From Prevotella sp. (lineage in GTDB: Bacteria; Bacteroidota; Bacteroidia; Bacteroidales; Bacteroidaceae), in the NCBI GenBank assembly GCA_036758085.1, contig DAIOXG010000001.1, forward strand, positions 8,470-70,675: a stretch of DNA of 62,206 bases, given 5' to 3'. How positions within the stretch are numbered: the stretch's first letter is position 1; every line of letters begins with the position of its first letter. A program made the position numbers and the translations under genes. The notes below the pieces were generated by a model, which saw only the letters and a program-made list of their open reading frames with translations, made no database searches and was not told where the DNA came from. Below are positions 18,868 to 28,543 of this stretch, one piece after another.

Positions 18868-18941
18868 CATCTTAGCAATAGTCCGTAACTTGAAAATTTT
18901 AGCACTTTTATGTTATAACTTTTGTAAAAATTTTAGTTAAA

Positions 18942-19517
18942 ATGAGAATTTTACTTGTCACTGCTTCTGTATTGGAGACTGAAGGCTTCAAGTTTGACAC
19001 AGGTTTTGAAATAGACCACATAATTACGGGTGTTGGCAAGCTTGCAGCATATTCTGCTGTTCGTGCGGCACTCCGCAGAACTTATATAGACGTAATCATA
19101 AATGCAGGCACTTGCGGTTCTACGAAGTTCGATAAAGGCACAGTTCTTCGCCCAAGTTTTCTTAGTCAGGCAGACTTAGCATCGTGTCCAGGCATAACAA
19201 CAGAGCCTTACAAGATAAACGGAGGCACACAAGGCATTTCTTGCGGCACTGCCGATGTCTTCTACATCAACAGAGGCGAGTTCGACGAATACGACTGTCA
19301 CGACATGGAAGCTTATGCAGTCCAATATGCTACTTTCGGCATGAACATAGAAACTTCATACATTAAAATAGTGTCTGATAACTGCAATGGAACAATGCAT
19401 GATTGGGAGAAAGAACTTCCAAAGCTCAGACAGAAGCTTGCTGATGAAATTAAAAACGAAATACGAAGGTTTATTCCTCAATACAAATATGAAAGAATAC
19501 AAGCAGAAAGGAAATGA
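18942..19517 (+). CDS. mtnN: 5'-methylthioadenosine/S-adenosylhomocysteine nucleosidase (Pfs; PNP_UDP_1 fold)
   Basis: TGVGK, IINAGTCGS, DMEAYAV, KIVSD motifs. Confidence 0.8.
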   Translation: MRILLVTASVLETEGFKFDTGFEIDHIITGVGKLAAYSAVRAALRRTYIDVIINAGTCGSTKFDKGTVLRPSFLSQADLASCPGITTEPYKINGGTQGISCGTADVFYINRGEFDEYDCHDMEAYAVQYATFGMNIETSYIKIVSDNCNGTMHDWEKELPKLRQKLADEIKNEIRRFIPQYKYERIQAERK

Positions 19518-19860
19518 TTGCCTAAGGACTTGCATTGCTTGCCTTATTGAAGTCGAACCGGAAGAAATAGTAGACTTCAAGGAACTGTTCTTTGCAGGCG
19601 AGTTCAACGGAGTTCCGAAATGGCATATTGAGTTAGAGAAGTGGCTCAACGAAAGAGGTCTGACACGCAGACTTGCGACGAAAGAAGAAATCGAATCAAA
19701 TGAGCCGCTTATCGCAATCGGTCTTGCAGCAGATACAGGCGTAATGCATGCAGAAATCTACTCAAATGGCAAGTTGCTGTACGACCCGTCCGGAATGAAT
19801 AAAAAGTTATTAGATGTTCAAGCGTATCAAAAGATAGACAAATATGAACGAGCAGAATAA
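19489..19860 (+). CDS. Papain/C39-like cysteine peptidase-like protein
   Basis: Q..NDCLRTCIACL...HA...YDPS. Confidence 0.45.
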   Translation: MKEYKQKGNDCLRTCIACLIEVEPEEIVDFKELFFAGEFNGVPKWHIELEKWLNERGLTRRLATKEEIESNEPLIAIGLAADTGVMHAEIYSNGKLLYDPSGMNKKLLDVQAYQKIDKYERAE

Positions 19861-20884
19861 TGGAAGAACCAGAGTCTATGAGAAAGTAGCTAAAGGCGAC
19901 GAGAAGAAAGACTTGTATGCACAGTATGTGCTGATGCCTTTCACTACTCTCTATATGCAAAGCCCACATGCAAGGGAAAGAAAGAAGTATTGGGAAGAGC
20001 AAGGAATATCTGACCTTGGTGGTCGTAACGTAGACCCGCTTCGTGGCTTTAGAGTAGACGAGTCTACAAAAGACACACTTATCGCGTCTTCTTTCAATCC
20101 TGTACTTGCAGAGGTTGTGTATAAGTGGTTTGCTCCGGAAGGTGCTCTCGTTTTAGACCCATTTGCAGGTGGAATGACACGTGGAGCAATCGCAGCACGA
20201 ATGGGCCTGCGTTATGTCGGATTCGATGTTCGCAAAGAACAAATAGATTCTAATTACGCAAAATTCGCAGAGTTTGAGAAGGAAGGAGATATTCGTCCTC
20301 GTTGGATATGTGCAGATTCTATGGAAGCAATGCCAAGTTTAGAGAATATACTCGGCGGCTTGAAGCCTAATTTCTTCTTTACATGCCCTCCGTATTGGAA
20401 TCTTGAAGTTTACTCCAACCTTGAAGGCGATATTTCTAATCGCAAGACTTGGGAAGAGTTCTTGGCTGATTACAAGCAGATTATCTCAAGTGCCTTAGAC
20501 CACATTGGAGAAGGTTGCTATGCAGCAATAGTTGTTGGCGATATTCGCAATCGCAAAGACGGCTTCATGCTCAACTTCGATGTTGAGACAATCAAGATAT
20601 TCGAAGAAAGCGGATTTAAGCTAACGAATCGCTGCTCTGTCGGCAACCCTCCAGGACTGTCAACAATGAGAGTTGAGAACGCAATAAAGTTTAAGAAGTT
20701 AGTAAAGACCCACCAGGACTTACTTATCTTCCAAAGACCTTATTCGCTGAAGACAATCACTGAAATGCGCAGGACAATGACAGACGCGGAGATTGCAGAG
20801 AAGCTGCACATGTCGAAGCGCCATATCGAGAATTACTCACGCAGAGAAGGAAAAAAAGCTGTATGGCAAATAATCAACCACTGA
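19844..20884 (+). CDS. DNA amino-methyltransferase (N4C/N6A)
   Basis: VLDPFAGG (motif I), TCPPYW (motif IV), C-terminal HTH-like tail. Confidence 0.88.
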   Translation: MNEQNNGRTRVYEKVAKGDEKKDLYAQYVLMPFTTLYMQSPHARERKKYWEEQGISDLGGRNVDPLRGFRVDESTKDTLIASSFNPVLAEVVYKWFAPEGALVLDPFAGGMTRGAIAARMGLRYVGFDVRKEQIDSNYAKFAEFEKEGDIRPRWICADSMEAMPSLENILGGLKPNFFFTCPPYWNLEVYSNLEGDISNRKTWEEFLADYKQIISSALDHIGEGCYAAIVVGDIRNRKDGFMLNFDVETIKIFEESGFKLTNRCSVGNPPGLSTMRVENAIKFKKLVKTHQDLLIFQRPYSLKTITEMRRTMTDAEIAEKLHMSKRHIENYSRREGKKAVWQIINH

Positions 20885-22083
20885 CTCTGAAGTACAGACC
20901 ACAGTCCTTCAAAGACTTGGTCGGAAATGAGTTCACTAAGACCATCTTGTTGAACTCAATTAAGGAATGTAAGATACGTCACGGCTACTTCTTGGCAGGT
21001 GGCAAGGGTTCTGGTAAGACCACTTCGGCTCGAATACTTGCGAAAGCGTTGAATTGTACTAATCCACAGAACGGCGAGCCTTGTTGCGAATGTCAGTCAT
21101 GTGTCGCAATAGAAGAAGGAAAGTCATTAGACTTAATAGAAATCGACGCTGCTTCGGAAAACTCAGTTTCTGCTATCCGCGCTTTAATAGCAAAACTTGA
21201 TTATGCTCCGGCAATGTCTAAGCATAAGGTTGTAATACTCGACGAGTGTCACATGCTCACAGCTCAAGCTGCGAATGCGTTGCTGAAAACACTCGAAGAG
21301 CCACAACCTTATGTTGTTTTCATACTCTGCACTACAGACCCTCAGAAAGTAATCGAGACAATCAAGTCTCGTTGCTTATGCTTTCAATATCAAAGACTGA
21401 CAACACAAGAAATTAGCGACCGTCTCGAATACATCTGTCAGCACGAAGGCATTAAGTATGAGAAGCAAGCCCTGAATGCAATAGCTAAGGCAGTAAATGG
21501 AGGTATGCGTGATGCTGTTACTCTTACAGACCAAGCTTCGCTGTTCAATAACGAAGTTACAGTAGATACAGTCTCACATATTCTTTCTACAATACCAACT
21601 TCTGAATTGCAACAGTTCTTCGCTTATATCCAAGATGAGGACGCTTCGATAAAGTGGCTTAACAAGCACCTAAGACGAAATTCACCGCAACAGGTTATTC
21701 AAGCAGTTTTAGACTTCATAAATCGTTTGCTTCAAGCAAAGTCGCAAGTCAAGACTCTTGATAAGAGTGTAGACGAGAATAAGCAAATAAGCGTGTTAGC
21801 AACAAATCTTTCATATCAGAAGCTTGCAGATTTTACAACTACTGCATTACGCACGCTACGCGAATTTAGAGAGTTCCAATTAACGGACAATTCTTTACTT
21901 CTTATGAAGATGTATCTACAATTCGTAGGAATAAGTAAAGGAGAAACTGTTAAGGCAACATCGTCTTCTTTGCTACAAACATTCACTCGAAATAAGTTCG
22001 AAATGACCACTGAATCAATGTTGCGTGCAAGATTTCCTAAGGTAACCCTATTTAGAGGAAATATCATTTTACCAACTTCTTAA
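20863..22083 (+). CDS. dnaX: DNA polymerase III gamma/tau clamp-loader subunit
   Basis: KYRPQSF, GGKGSGKTT, CxxC Zn module, EIDAAS, LDECHML, LLKTLEEP, SRC. Confidence 0.93.
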   Translation: MANNQPLTLKYRPQSFKDLVGNEFTKTILLNSIKECKIRHGYFLAGGKGSGKTTSARILAKALNCTNPQNGEPCCECQSCVAIEEGKSLDLIEIDAASENSVSAIRALIAKLDYAPAMSKHKVVILDECHMLTAQAANALLKTLEEPQPYVVFILCTTDPQKVIETIKSRCLCFQYQRLTTQEISDRLEYICQHEGIKYEKQALNAIAKAVNGGMRDAVTLTDQASLFNNEVTVDTVSHILSTIPTSELQQFFAYIQDEDASIKWLNKHLRRNSPQQVIQAVLDFINRLLQAKSQVKTLDKSVDENKQISVLATNLSYQKLADFTTTALRTLREFREFQLTDNSLLLMKMYLQFVGISKGETVKATSSSLLQTFTRNKFEMTTESMLRARFPKVTLFRGNIILPTS

Positions 22084-22095
22084 AATTTTACAGAA

Positions 22096-22533
22096 ATGAA
22101 AAAAGTAATGTTTTCAATTATGAAGTTCACGCTGCTTTTCGCGTTGATACTTCTCGTGTCTTCCTCTGTCGTGTTAGCTCAGACAACACAAGGAACTGTA
22201 TCTGAACCAACAAGTTTCGATTTCTGGGCTTTCACAGGCACATTCGCTGGCTTCGCCGCTGGGGCAGTTGTACTGACAGAGCTTGTCAAGAAGCTTCTCG
22301 GAGCTATCTTCAAGACCATTCCATCGTGGCTGTCTATAGTCATTAGCTGGGTTCTTCCTATCGCTGCAAGCCTGCTGTTCCATGCACTCAACGCAGGCAT
22401 CTTCGAAGGTCTGACGATTCCCAACACAATCGTCATCGGATTCGGAGCTGCTCTGTGCAGCAACGGTATCTTCGACTGTGCTTCCATCACCGGGCTGCTC
22501 GACCTTATTTATGGCAAGAAGACAGACAATTAA
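22096..22533 (+). CDS. Multi-TM membrane protein, holin-like
   Basis: Signal/TM segment plus about three TMs; GAVVLTELVKK...SNGIFD. Confidence 0.55.
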   Translation: MKKVMFSIMKFTLLFALILLVSSSVVLAQTTQGTVSEPTSFDFWAFTGTFAGFAAGAVVLTELVKKLLGAIFKTIPSWLSIVISWVLPIAASLLFHALNAGIFEGLTIPNTIVIGFGAALCSNGIFDCASITGLLDLIYGKKTDN

Positions 22534-22562
22534 CCACAATATTCACTTCTAAAAGAAAAGCA

Positions 22563-23279
22563 ATGAAAAAGTTTATTCTAAGCTTCCTGCTTGCTTCTAT
22601 TTGCTTGCTCGGATTTAGCAGCTGTAAGGGCTGGAAAGGAGAAACTCAGAATATTGATGACCAAGTGGTGACGTATCACGACTACGACGGCGTTGTGCAG
22701 GACTTCACCGCAATGACTGACCACATCCAGGCGCTGCATTGCCAGATGATGTTCAGCATCATTCAGAACCTGCAGGCTGAAGGGCACACAATTGTACCGG
22801 AAGGCCAGTATCAGTGGCGCAACAGCCTCGTTATTCTGAATGACACAGTTACTGCTGAGAACATCGACGACCTGCACATTGTAAGTATTCGTGACGTATT
22901 CTTCTATTTGGATAACCAGCGCGGACAACAGGTACAGTATATCACAGACCACGTAAAGTACGGCACACAAATTCCCTGGCCTATTAACGATGTATGGATT
23001 GAGGACAGAGACATGAGTAATGCACATATCAATATATCGGCAGAGGAAGCTCTCACACGACTGAAAGAATGGAACGGAATCCTGCCTAAAGACTGCAACT
23101 TCATCATACTGAGCCTACCTGTAGGACCTAAGGACTGCAACCCACAGTGGACTTTCGGTGATATAGGCGACACATTATTCATCGATGCAGTGACAGGAGA
23201 GATTCGAGACTACAATCCGTCTTTCGGTCCTACCAAGCAGCCAGACGAACTGGATTCTGAGGTGCCAATCGGTGAATGA
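22563..23279 (+). CDS. Lipoprotein with PepSY-like C-terminus
   Basis: Lipobox GFSSC; ISAEEAL...FIDAVTGEI. Confidence 0.7.
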   Translation: MKKFILSFLLASICLLGFSSCKGWKGETQNIDDQVVTYHDYDGVVQDFTAMTDHIQALHCQMMFSIIQNLQAEGHTIVPEGQYQWRNSLVILNDTVTAENIDDLHIVSIRDVFFYLDNQRGQQVQYITDHVKYGTQIPWPINDVWIEDRDMSNAHINISAEEALTRLKEWNGILPKDCNFIILSLPVGPKDCNPQWTFGDIGDTLFIDAVTGEIRDYNPSFGPTKQPDELDSEVPIGE

Positions 23280-23313
23280 CCACAATCAGCAAATCTAATT
23301 AAGCCATTTGTCT

Positions 23314-23354
23314 AGAGCGGAGCAGGAATTAAGTTTCCTGCTCTGTCTTGTTTT
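23314..23354 (+). terminator. Intrinsic terminator
   Basis: GAGCAGGAA...TTCCTGCTC plus T-rich tail. Confidence 0.7.
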
Positions 23355-23357
23355 CAA

Positions 23358-23460
23358 GAAAATTCGATTTTGAGCACGGATAGGTATGTCTTTAGGGTAC
23401 AGTAAGGGTGGCAGGGAGAAAATCGATTGTGGCGCACTTGTGGCGGCTTTTTGTTCAATT
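23358..23460 (+). repeat. Dispersed tripartite element, copy 3
   Basis: AAAATTCGATTTTGAGCAC...AAAATCGATTGTGGCGCACTT. Confidence 0.8.
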
Positions 23461-23510
23461 TTTGGCTGTAACTTGTTATAACTTTTGAGGAAAAAATAAA
23501 TTTTTGCAAA

Positions 23511-24215
23511 ATGAAGAAAGAACTGACAGAACAGGAGGTTGTTGCAATCTTAGATAAGTACAGAGAGGACATGCACAACTTCAAAAGGTATTTGACTGTG
23601 CTCCTCGAATCAACTCCTGCCCACACAATCGTTGTGTTCGACAAAATATATGGAGAGGAATATAAGGAGGTAGAAACCCAACTCATCAATCCACACCAAG
23701 TATTTTCTGGCGCACCTGACGAGAATACAAATACATTCTTATCATTACTTTGGACACTCTACCAGGAGTACGTAGAATCCGGAATGCGCAATGTTGATGC
23801 AGTTCTTCCTGAGTTAGAGAAGCTTAATGCAATGGCACTTTCTTGGCGTGCTGCCCACAAAAATATACAGCCAGCAGAAGAGACACTAAATAAGCAGAAG
23901 GATTTCAAAGAAAGCTTCGCTACAGAAGCAATGGAAACTAACAACCCTGTCGTTCCAATAGACAAGTTTCCGGAATACTTCGAGAACTTATGTGAGAAAT
24001 ACGGCATGAGAGGCTTTGCAGTCTATGCAAAACTGAACGGCAACGAAATGGTTACGGCAGGCTATTCTGCATCGGAAGTGCTGAACGAGACAAGCTTGCA
24101 GTTCACTCAACTATTCGCTGCGCTTTGCGAGAATACAGTCATGGGTGATTGCCTGGCAACTGCTTTCGAAAGATTCTACAAGTTAATGCACAAGTACGAA
24201 GCAATGTGGCATTAG
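23511..24215 (+). CDS. Hypothetical protein
   Basis: 234-aa ORF. Confidence 0.7.
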   Translation: MKKELTEQEVVAILDKYREDMHNFKRYLTVLLESTPAHTIVVFDKIYGEEYKEVETQLINPHQVFSGAPDENTNTFLSLLWTLYQEYVESGMRNVDAVLPELEKLNAMALSWRAAHKNIQPAEETLNKQKDFKESFATEAMETNNPVVPIDKFPEYFENLCEKYGMRGFAVYAKLNGNEMVTAGYSASEVLNETSLQFTQLFAALCENTVMGDCLATAFERFYKLMHKYEAMWH

Positions 24216-24255
24216 GCTATTTGTCAGTAACACCACTATTTAGAAACAAAAGAAT

Positions 24256-24966
24256 ATGATAAAAGTTACTGACAATCCAGCATTGGCAAAGCTATTCCCT
24301 GCCTATCTCACGAAAGGGAATCAGTGTTCGTGTCTCAACAATACTTGCAGCGAATGTGGTGAGAAGTTCCCGAAGGAGGCTGCTCCAGAGTTCATGCAGG
24401 AAGGAATCGTAGTGAAGTGCCCAAACTGCGGAGCATGGCGCAGACGTTGCGGAAGCATAGCAATGGCAAATAGCGATGTTTGCCGTAAGCACCTCGGACA
24501 TCGTCAATACTCACTTTATACTAAGTTGGCTTCTCACATCGCAGATATTTCTATTGACGAGCTTCTTGCGCTTGATACAGACCAGTGGGATTTGACTACT
24601 GAGTTCAATCTTGCAAAAGTCGCTTTGTCTGCACAGCTCGAGCAAGGAAAGATTACATCTGAACAACTACTCGACAACTTGCAGAAGTTCTTCAAGATTG
24701 CAGAATTAAAGAAGAAGATAGAATCTGGCGAGACACTGCAGATTAAGTACGACGATGAAACGTATCAGCAGCTGCGAGCTAAGTGGAGAAAGATGCTATT
24801 CACGCTAGAAGGCATTATGCAAGAAGAGTTGTCCATTCATCCTGGGTTCGAGTCTAAGGAGAAACGTACAGAGTTCATAAGGACTTGTTTCTCCAGATTG
24901 AAGAAGCAAACAGAGCTTCCTGCGAGTGACTCTTCCGGAACGATTATCCCATCAAGGATGCTTTAG
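24256..24966 (+). CDS. Putative small terminase subunit with Zn ribbons
   Basis: CSEC...CPNC, RC...CRKH-G (HGGxSTG-like); directly upstream of terL. Confidence 0.55.
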   Translation: MIKVTDNPALAKLFPAYLTKGNQCSCLNNTCSECGEKFPKEAAPEFMQEGIVVKCPNCGAWRRRCGSIAMANSDVCRKHLGHRQYSLYTKLASHIADISIDELLALDTDQWDLTTEFNLAKVALSAQLEQGKITSEQLLDNLQKFFKIAELKKKIESGETLQIKYDDETYQQLRAKWRKMLFTLEGIMQEELSIHPGFESKEKRTEFIRTCFSRLKKQTELPASDSSGTIIPSRML

Positions 24967-24976
24967 TAACTACAAT

Positions 24977-25016
24977 TTTAAGTGCTTGCTCATTAGGAAC
25001 AAGCACTTAATGTTTT
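24977..25016 (+). terminator. Hairpin between terS and terL
   Basis: TTAAGTGCTTG...CAAGCACTTAA. Confidence 0.55.
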
Positions 25017-25029
25017 ATCGAATCAAAGT

Positions 25030-25848
25030 ATGCCAAGCGTAAAAGCAAAGTCACAAGCAATGGACGATTTGTTTGACGACTTTTTGGGAGAGTATCTCGA
25101 AGAGTCGCAAACATTTTCCGTATTAGACGCTGAAAGCTGGGAGGACAACGAGTTTCCTGTTCCTGTTCGGGAATTTATAGATAGCAAAGACTACTTGAAT
25201 ATGGGCGATGAAATATATCCACAAATCAAGGAGTTGCTTTCTGATGTCACAAGTTCTCGAGATTACAGAACGTGCTACCTCGAAATTGGACGAGATAGTG
25301 GAAAGTCAGTGTTCTGCTCTCTATTGTTAGTGTATAGAACTTATCTACTGTGCAGGTTGAAGAATCCGCAGAAGACCTTCAAATTGCAGCAAGACACAGA
25401 ACTTTATAACGTAAACGTAAGCACCAGCGGAGACCAGGCAAAGAACGTAATCTTCGCAGCTGCGTCAAGCTACGTGTCTCACTGCCCTGCAATGAGCAAG
25501 TACATCAAGAAAGTAAAGGTCGAGGAAATAGAGTTCAATAAAAGAATACATTTGGCTTGTGCAAGTTCTGCTGTCGCATCCAACTTGGGTTATGCAATGT
25601 TCACAGCAATATGCGACGAGAGCAACTTTATGAAGAACTCAAACGGTTCTAACAACATAGATGATATGACTGCTGCTTTGGAAGGTGGTCTGATTCGTTG
25701 CCCGGACGACTATCTGCTGTGCCAGGTTTCTTCAGCAGCAGGGCCTTTCGCTTTCTTGGAAGAAAACATTAAGATTATGCAGGCACATTCTACATTCCAA
25801 GACCTTACAGATTATCAAACAAGCGTTAGAGCAAAAGAAATGAATTAA
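25030..25848 (+). CDS. terL: Large terminase, ATPase half
   Basis: YPQI Q-motif, Walker A GRDSGKS, Walker B AICDE, coupling motif SSA. Confidence 0.85.
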   Translation: MPSVKAKSQAMDDLFDDFLGEYLEESQTFSVLDAESWEDNEFPVPVREFIDSKDYLNMGDEIYPQIKELLSDVTSSRDYRTCYLEIGRDSGKSVFCSLLLVYRTYLLCRLKNPQKTFKLQQDTELYNVNVSTSGDQAKNVIFAAASSYVSHCPAMSKYIKKVKVEEIEFNKRIHLACASSAVASNLGYAMFTAICDESNFMKNSNGSNNIDDMTAALEGGLIRCPDDYLLCQVSSAAGPFAFLEENIKIMQAHSTFQDLTDYQTSVRAKEMN

Positions 25849-25851
25849 GAT

Positions 25852-26748
25852 ATGGAACGTAAGGACTTTGCTGCAAAATACCCGAAGCTGTGGAATCAGC
25901 TATACAATATGCCGATGGAGAAGGGAAGGACTGACAAGGCTTTCTATGCTAAGGCTCCGACTTTCTTAATGAATCCTAAGAATACTTTGGACTCTTTCTT
26001 AGACTTGTTCGACAACGACCGTAAGAGACCAAAAGCATTGCGTGACTACGCGAATATTACTGATTCGAGCATCGAAGCATTCTTCCCGAATGGCGCTTTA
26101 ATAAAGAGAAACGCAAATCCGAACAACTTATGTCCTATCGAAACAGGATATAGGCTTGCCGATTGGTGGCATCCAGATGAATACCTGCATTACATTGGCA
26201 TGGACTTATCTGTTAGCAAAGACGGTCTTGGAATGGCTTCCGTACACCAGGAGCCGAGAGGTGGCGCTATATCAACACCACTTTATGTCGTAGACTTTGT
26301 TTTGTTGTTCAATCCTGTTGAAGATAACATCGATTACGAATTGCCAAGAAACATCATTCGAGCAATGAAGAGAAGAGGCTTCAAAATAGGTTGTGTAGGA
26401 TATGACCAGTTCCAGAGTTTCGACATGGGCAAGATATTAGAGAAAGAAGGCTTCGAATGTAAACAGGTTTCGTTTCACGAGAATCTTAGTGGAGCAACTT
26501 TCGTAAGAGACCTTGTATATGACAATTCAATAGACTACCCAGACGACTATGAGCTGATAGGTGAAATGACTGAATTGTGCCTCATCAACTCCGGAAGACG
26601 TGTAGAGCACATGGGAGGACACGCTGCAAAGCAGACAGGTGTAGGTAAGTTTAATCGAAAAGACGTATGGGACGCCTTAGTCAACGCTTGCGCTTTATGC
26701 GCCTCTGACAAAAGGGTACGTTTCATTAGAGAGTCTCTGCAAGCTTGA
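25852..26748 (+). CDS. terL: Large terminase, RNase H-like nuclease half
   Basis: IGMDLS..KD, YDQFQS, KDVWDA. Confidence 0.85.
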   Translation: MERKDFAAKYPKLWNQLYNMPMEKGRTDKAFYAKAPTFLMNPKNTLDSFLDLFDNDRKRPKALRDYANITDSSIEAFFPNGALIKRNANPNNLCPIETGYRLADWWHPDEYLHYIGMDLSVSKDGLGMASVHQEPRGGAISTPLYVVDFVLLFNPVEDNIDYELPRNIIRAMKRRGFKIGCVGYDQFQSFDMGKILEKEGFECKQVSFHENLSGATFVRDLVYDNSIDYPDDYELIGEMTELCLINSGRRVEHMGGHAAKQTGVGKFNRKDVWDALVNACALCASDKRVRFIRESLQA

Positions 26749-26759
26749 GGCTATTTATA
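26749..26759 (+). promoter_or_regulatory. CTATTTA(T/G)A motif, candidate late promoter (also at 1990, 18255, 24236, 29155, 31531, 33370, 37392)
   Basis: Recurs shortly upstream of packaging and structural genes. Confidence 0.5.
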
Positions 26760-26787
26760 GACAAGTTTAATCAAAAATAAAGTAAAC

Positions 26788-27027
26788 ATGTATTGTGATT
26801 GCGCACCGTGCCCTCCTTTCCACAGCATGAAGAAAGAAGGCAATAAGCTGATATTGGACGATAACTTAGTTTATGTCAAGGTAACAAAAGAGTTCGGTGA
26901 AGAGCTCGAAAAGCAGATGAAGCTCGGCAACGTGTGGGAAAGCATCTTCATGTTCGATGATGAATACTACATGCCTGAGAAGAAGTACGAAGTCTACAAG
27001 GCACTTTCTAAAGTATTGAAGCGATAA
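26788..27027 (+). CDS. Hypothetical protein
   Basis: TAATG overlap with the portal gene. Confidence 0.6.
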   Translation: MYCDCAPCPPFHSMKKEGNKLILDDNLVYVKVTKEFGEELEKQMKLGNVWESIFMFDDEYYMPEKKYEVYKALSKVLKR

Positions 27028-28538
27028 TGGACAAGCAGACAAAAGATTTCTTAGAGAAGCTCAAAAGACGTGGCTTCAAGCAGGACTTGGAATTGATAAG
27101 CCTCTGCCGCACATCTTATGCAGGCGGCTCAGCTTATATCAATTCCGGCAACCTGTTTACCCATGCAAGAGAGCGTGCTGAGGAGTACAGAGACCGCTTG
27201 CAGCGAGCATATTACTTGAACTACTGCTCACCAATCATCGACACCTATTCGTTCTTCCTTTACAAAGCACCTGTTATTCGAAATACGGCTGACCAGAATA
27301 TTCGTCTCCTCACTTTCTTAGCTGACTGTGATAGGAAGATGAAGAGCTTTGATGATTTTCTGAAAGACACTTGTCTTGATGTGCTGACCGTAGGACGTGC
27401 TTTCATTGCAGTCGATGTTCCAGATGTAGAGACAATGACGCTGCTCGAAGACTTCGAGAACAAGAAGCGCCCTTATCTTTACAGAATCAACACTGAGGAC
27501 GTTTTGGACTTCGAGGAAGACGACAATGGCTTGGTGTGGATAAAGTATTTGGAGACACGTCCTGTTAAGAACGGAAACCCATTCTACGACGGGGAAGGCG
27601 AAACGCAAGTTATCGTCATATGGTATCGTGGTAAGTACGAAGTCTATGAGCAGGAGAAAGGCACTCTTATCGAATCGAAGGAATTGGAGATAGACTTCGT
27701 TCCTATTGTGAAGTTAGAAATGCCAGGTGGCAAGTCAATGATTGCTGACATTGCCAGAGTGAATCGTGCCATCTTCAATTGGGGCTCACTACTCGATGAA
27801 ATTCTGTATCGCCAGACTTTCTCTTGGCTCTGTGTTCCTGGAGACAAGAATGAGTCTCTTGCGGAGAAGAAGATTGGAACGGCCTGGGCTTTCACTTATG
27901 ACCCGGATTCAAAGCACGTTCCGCAGTTCGTCGCTCCAGACCCGAATCAAGCAGAGACGTACGAGAAGCGCATCAAGAATGGCGTGACAGAAATATACCG
28001 CATAGCAAATCTTGATTACTCGCAGGCAACTCAGCCACAGTCCGGAGTCAGCAAAGCTTATGACTTGCTCTCAATCTCAAAGACGCTTATTGCTCTCGCA
28101 AAGACAATGGCAGGCGGAGAGAAGCAAATCTTCAAGTATGTTGCTAAGTATTACGGACAGGACATCAATCCGAGTGATTCGAAGTTAGAGTCTGACTTTG
28201 ATGTTTATATCGAGTATCCTTCCGACTTCTCATATACTGCTGTTGCTGAACGCTTGCAGCGTTACTACGAAGCTCTTACGACTGAGTTCTCTGCTAAGTT
28301 CAAGAAGCTCGCTGCAATGCAGATTGTCAATACACTGTTCCCTGCTCTGCCAGAGAAGACGAAGGAAGTTATCAAGTCTGAAATAGAGAGTTTCTACGAC
28401 GAGCAGCAAATAGTCAACGATTCAAACGTTCTCTCTTCGTTAGGCTTCAACGCTGACGAATACGACGCGGCAGGAGGTGGTGAGCCGATACAACAGGAAG
28501 CTGATACGAAGCAAACTGAAGAATCTCTTAGCAAGTAA
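27027..28538 (+). CDS. Portal protein
   Basis: 503 aa after terL; YAGG...EYRDRLQRAYYLNYC...QSGVSKAYD (SPP1/DUF4055-like). Confidence 0.88.
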   Translation: MDKQTKDFLEKLKRRGFKQDLELISLCRTSYAGGSAYINSGNLFTHARERAEEYRDRLQRAYYLNYCSPIIDTYSFFLYKAPVIRNTADQNIRLLTFLADCDRKMKSFDDFLKDTCLDVLTVGRAFIAVDVPDVETMTLLEDFENKKRPYLYRINTEDVLDFEEDDNGLVWIKYLETRPVKNGNPFYDGEGETQVIVIWYRGKYEVYEQEKGTLIESKELEIDFVPIVKLEMPGGKSMIADIARVNRAIFNWGSLLDEILYRQTFSWLCVPGDKNESLAEKKIGTAWAFTYDPDSKHVPQFVAPDPNQAETYEKRIKNGVTEIYRIANLDYSQATQPQSGVSKAYDLLSISKTLIALAKTMAGGEKQIFKYVAKYYGQDINPSDSKLESDFDVYIEYPSDFSYTAVAERLQRYYEALTTEFSAKFKKLAAMQIVNTLFPALPEKTKEVIKSEIESFYDEQQIVNDSNVLSSLGFNADEYDAAGGGEPIQQEADTKQTEESLSK

Positions 28539-28543
28539 CGATT

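Noticed and set aside
18826..18870. SAH riboswitch upstream of pfs (GAAGGAGCCTCTGCGAG resembles GAGGAGCGCUGC)
   Set aside because: The downstream AGGCUC and pseudoknot partners are not evident; a hairpin plus T tract fits a terminator better. An Infernal search would settle it.
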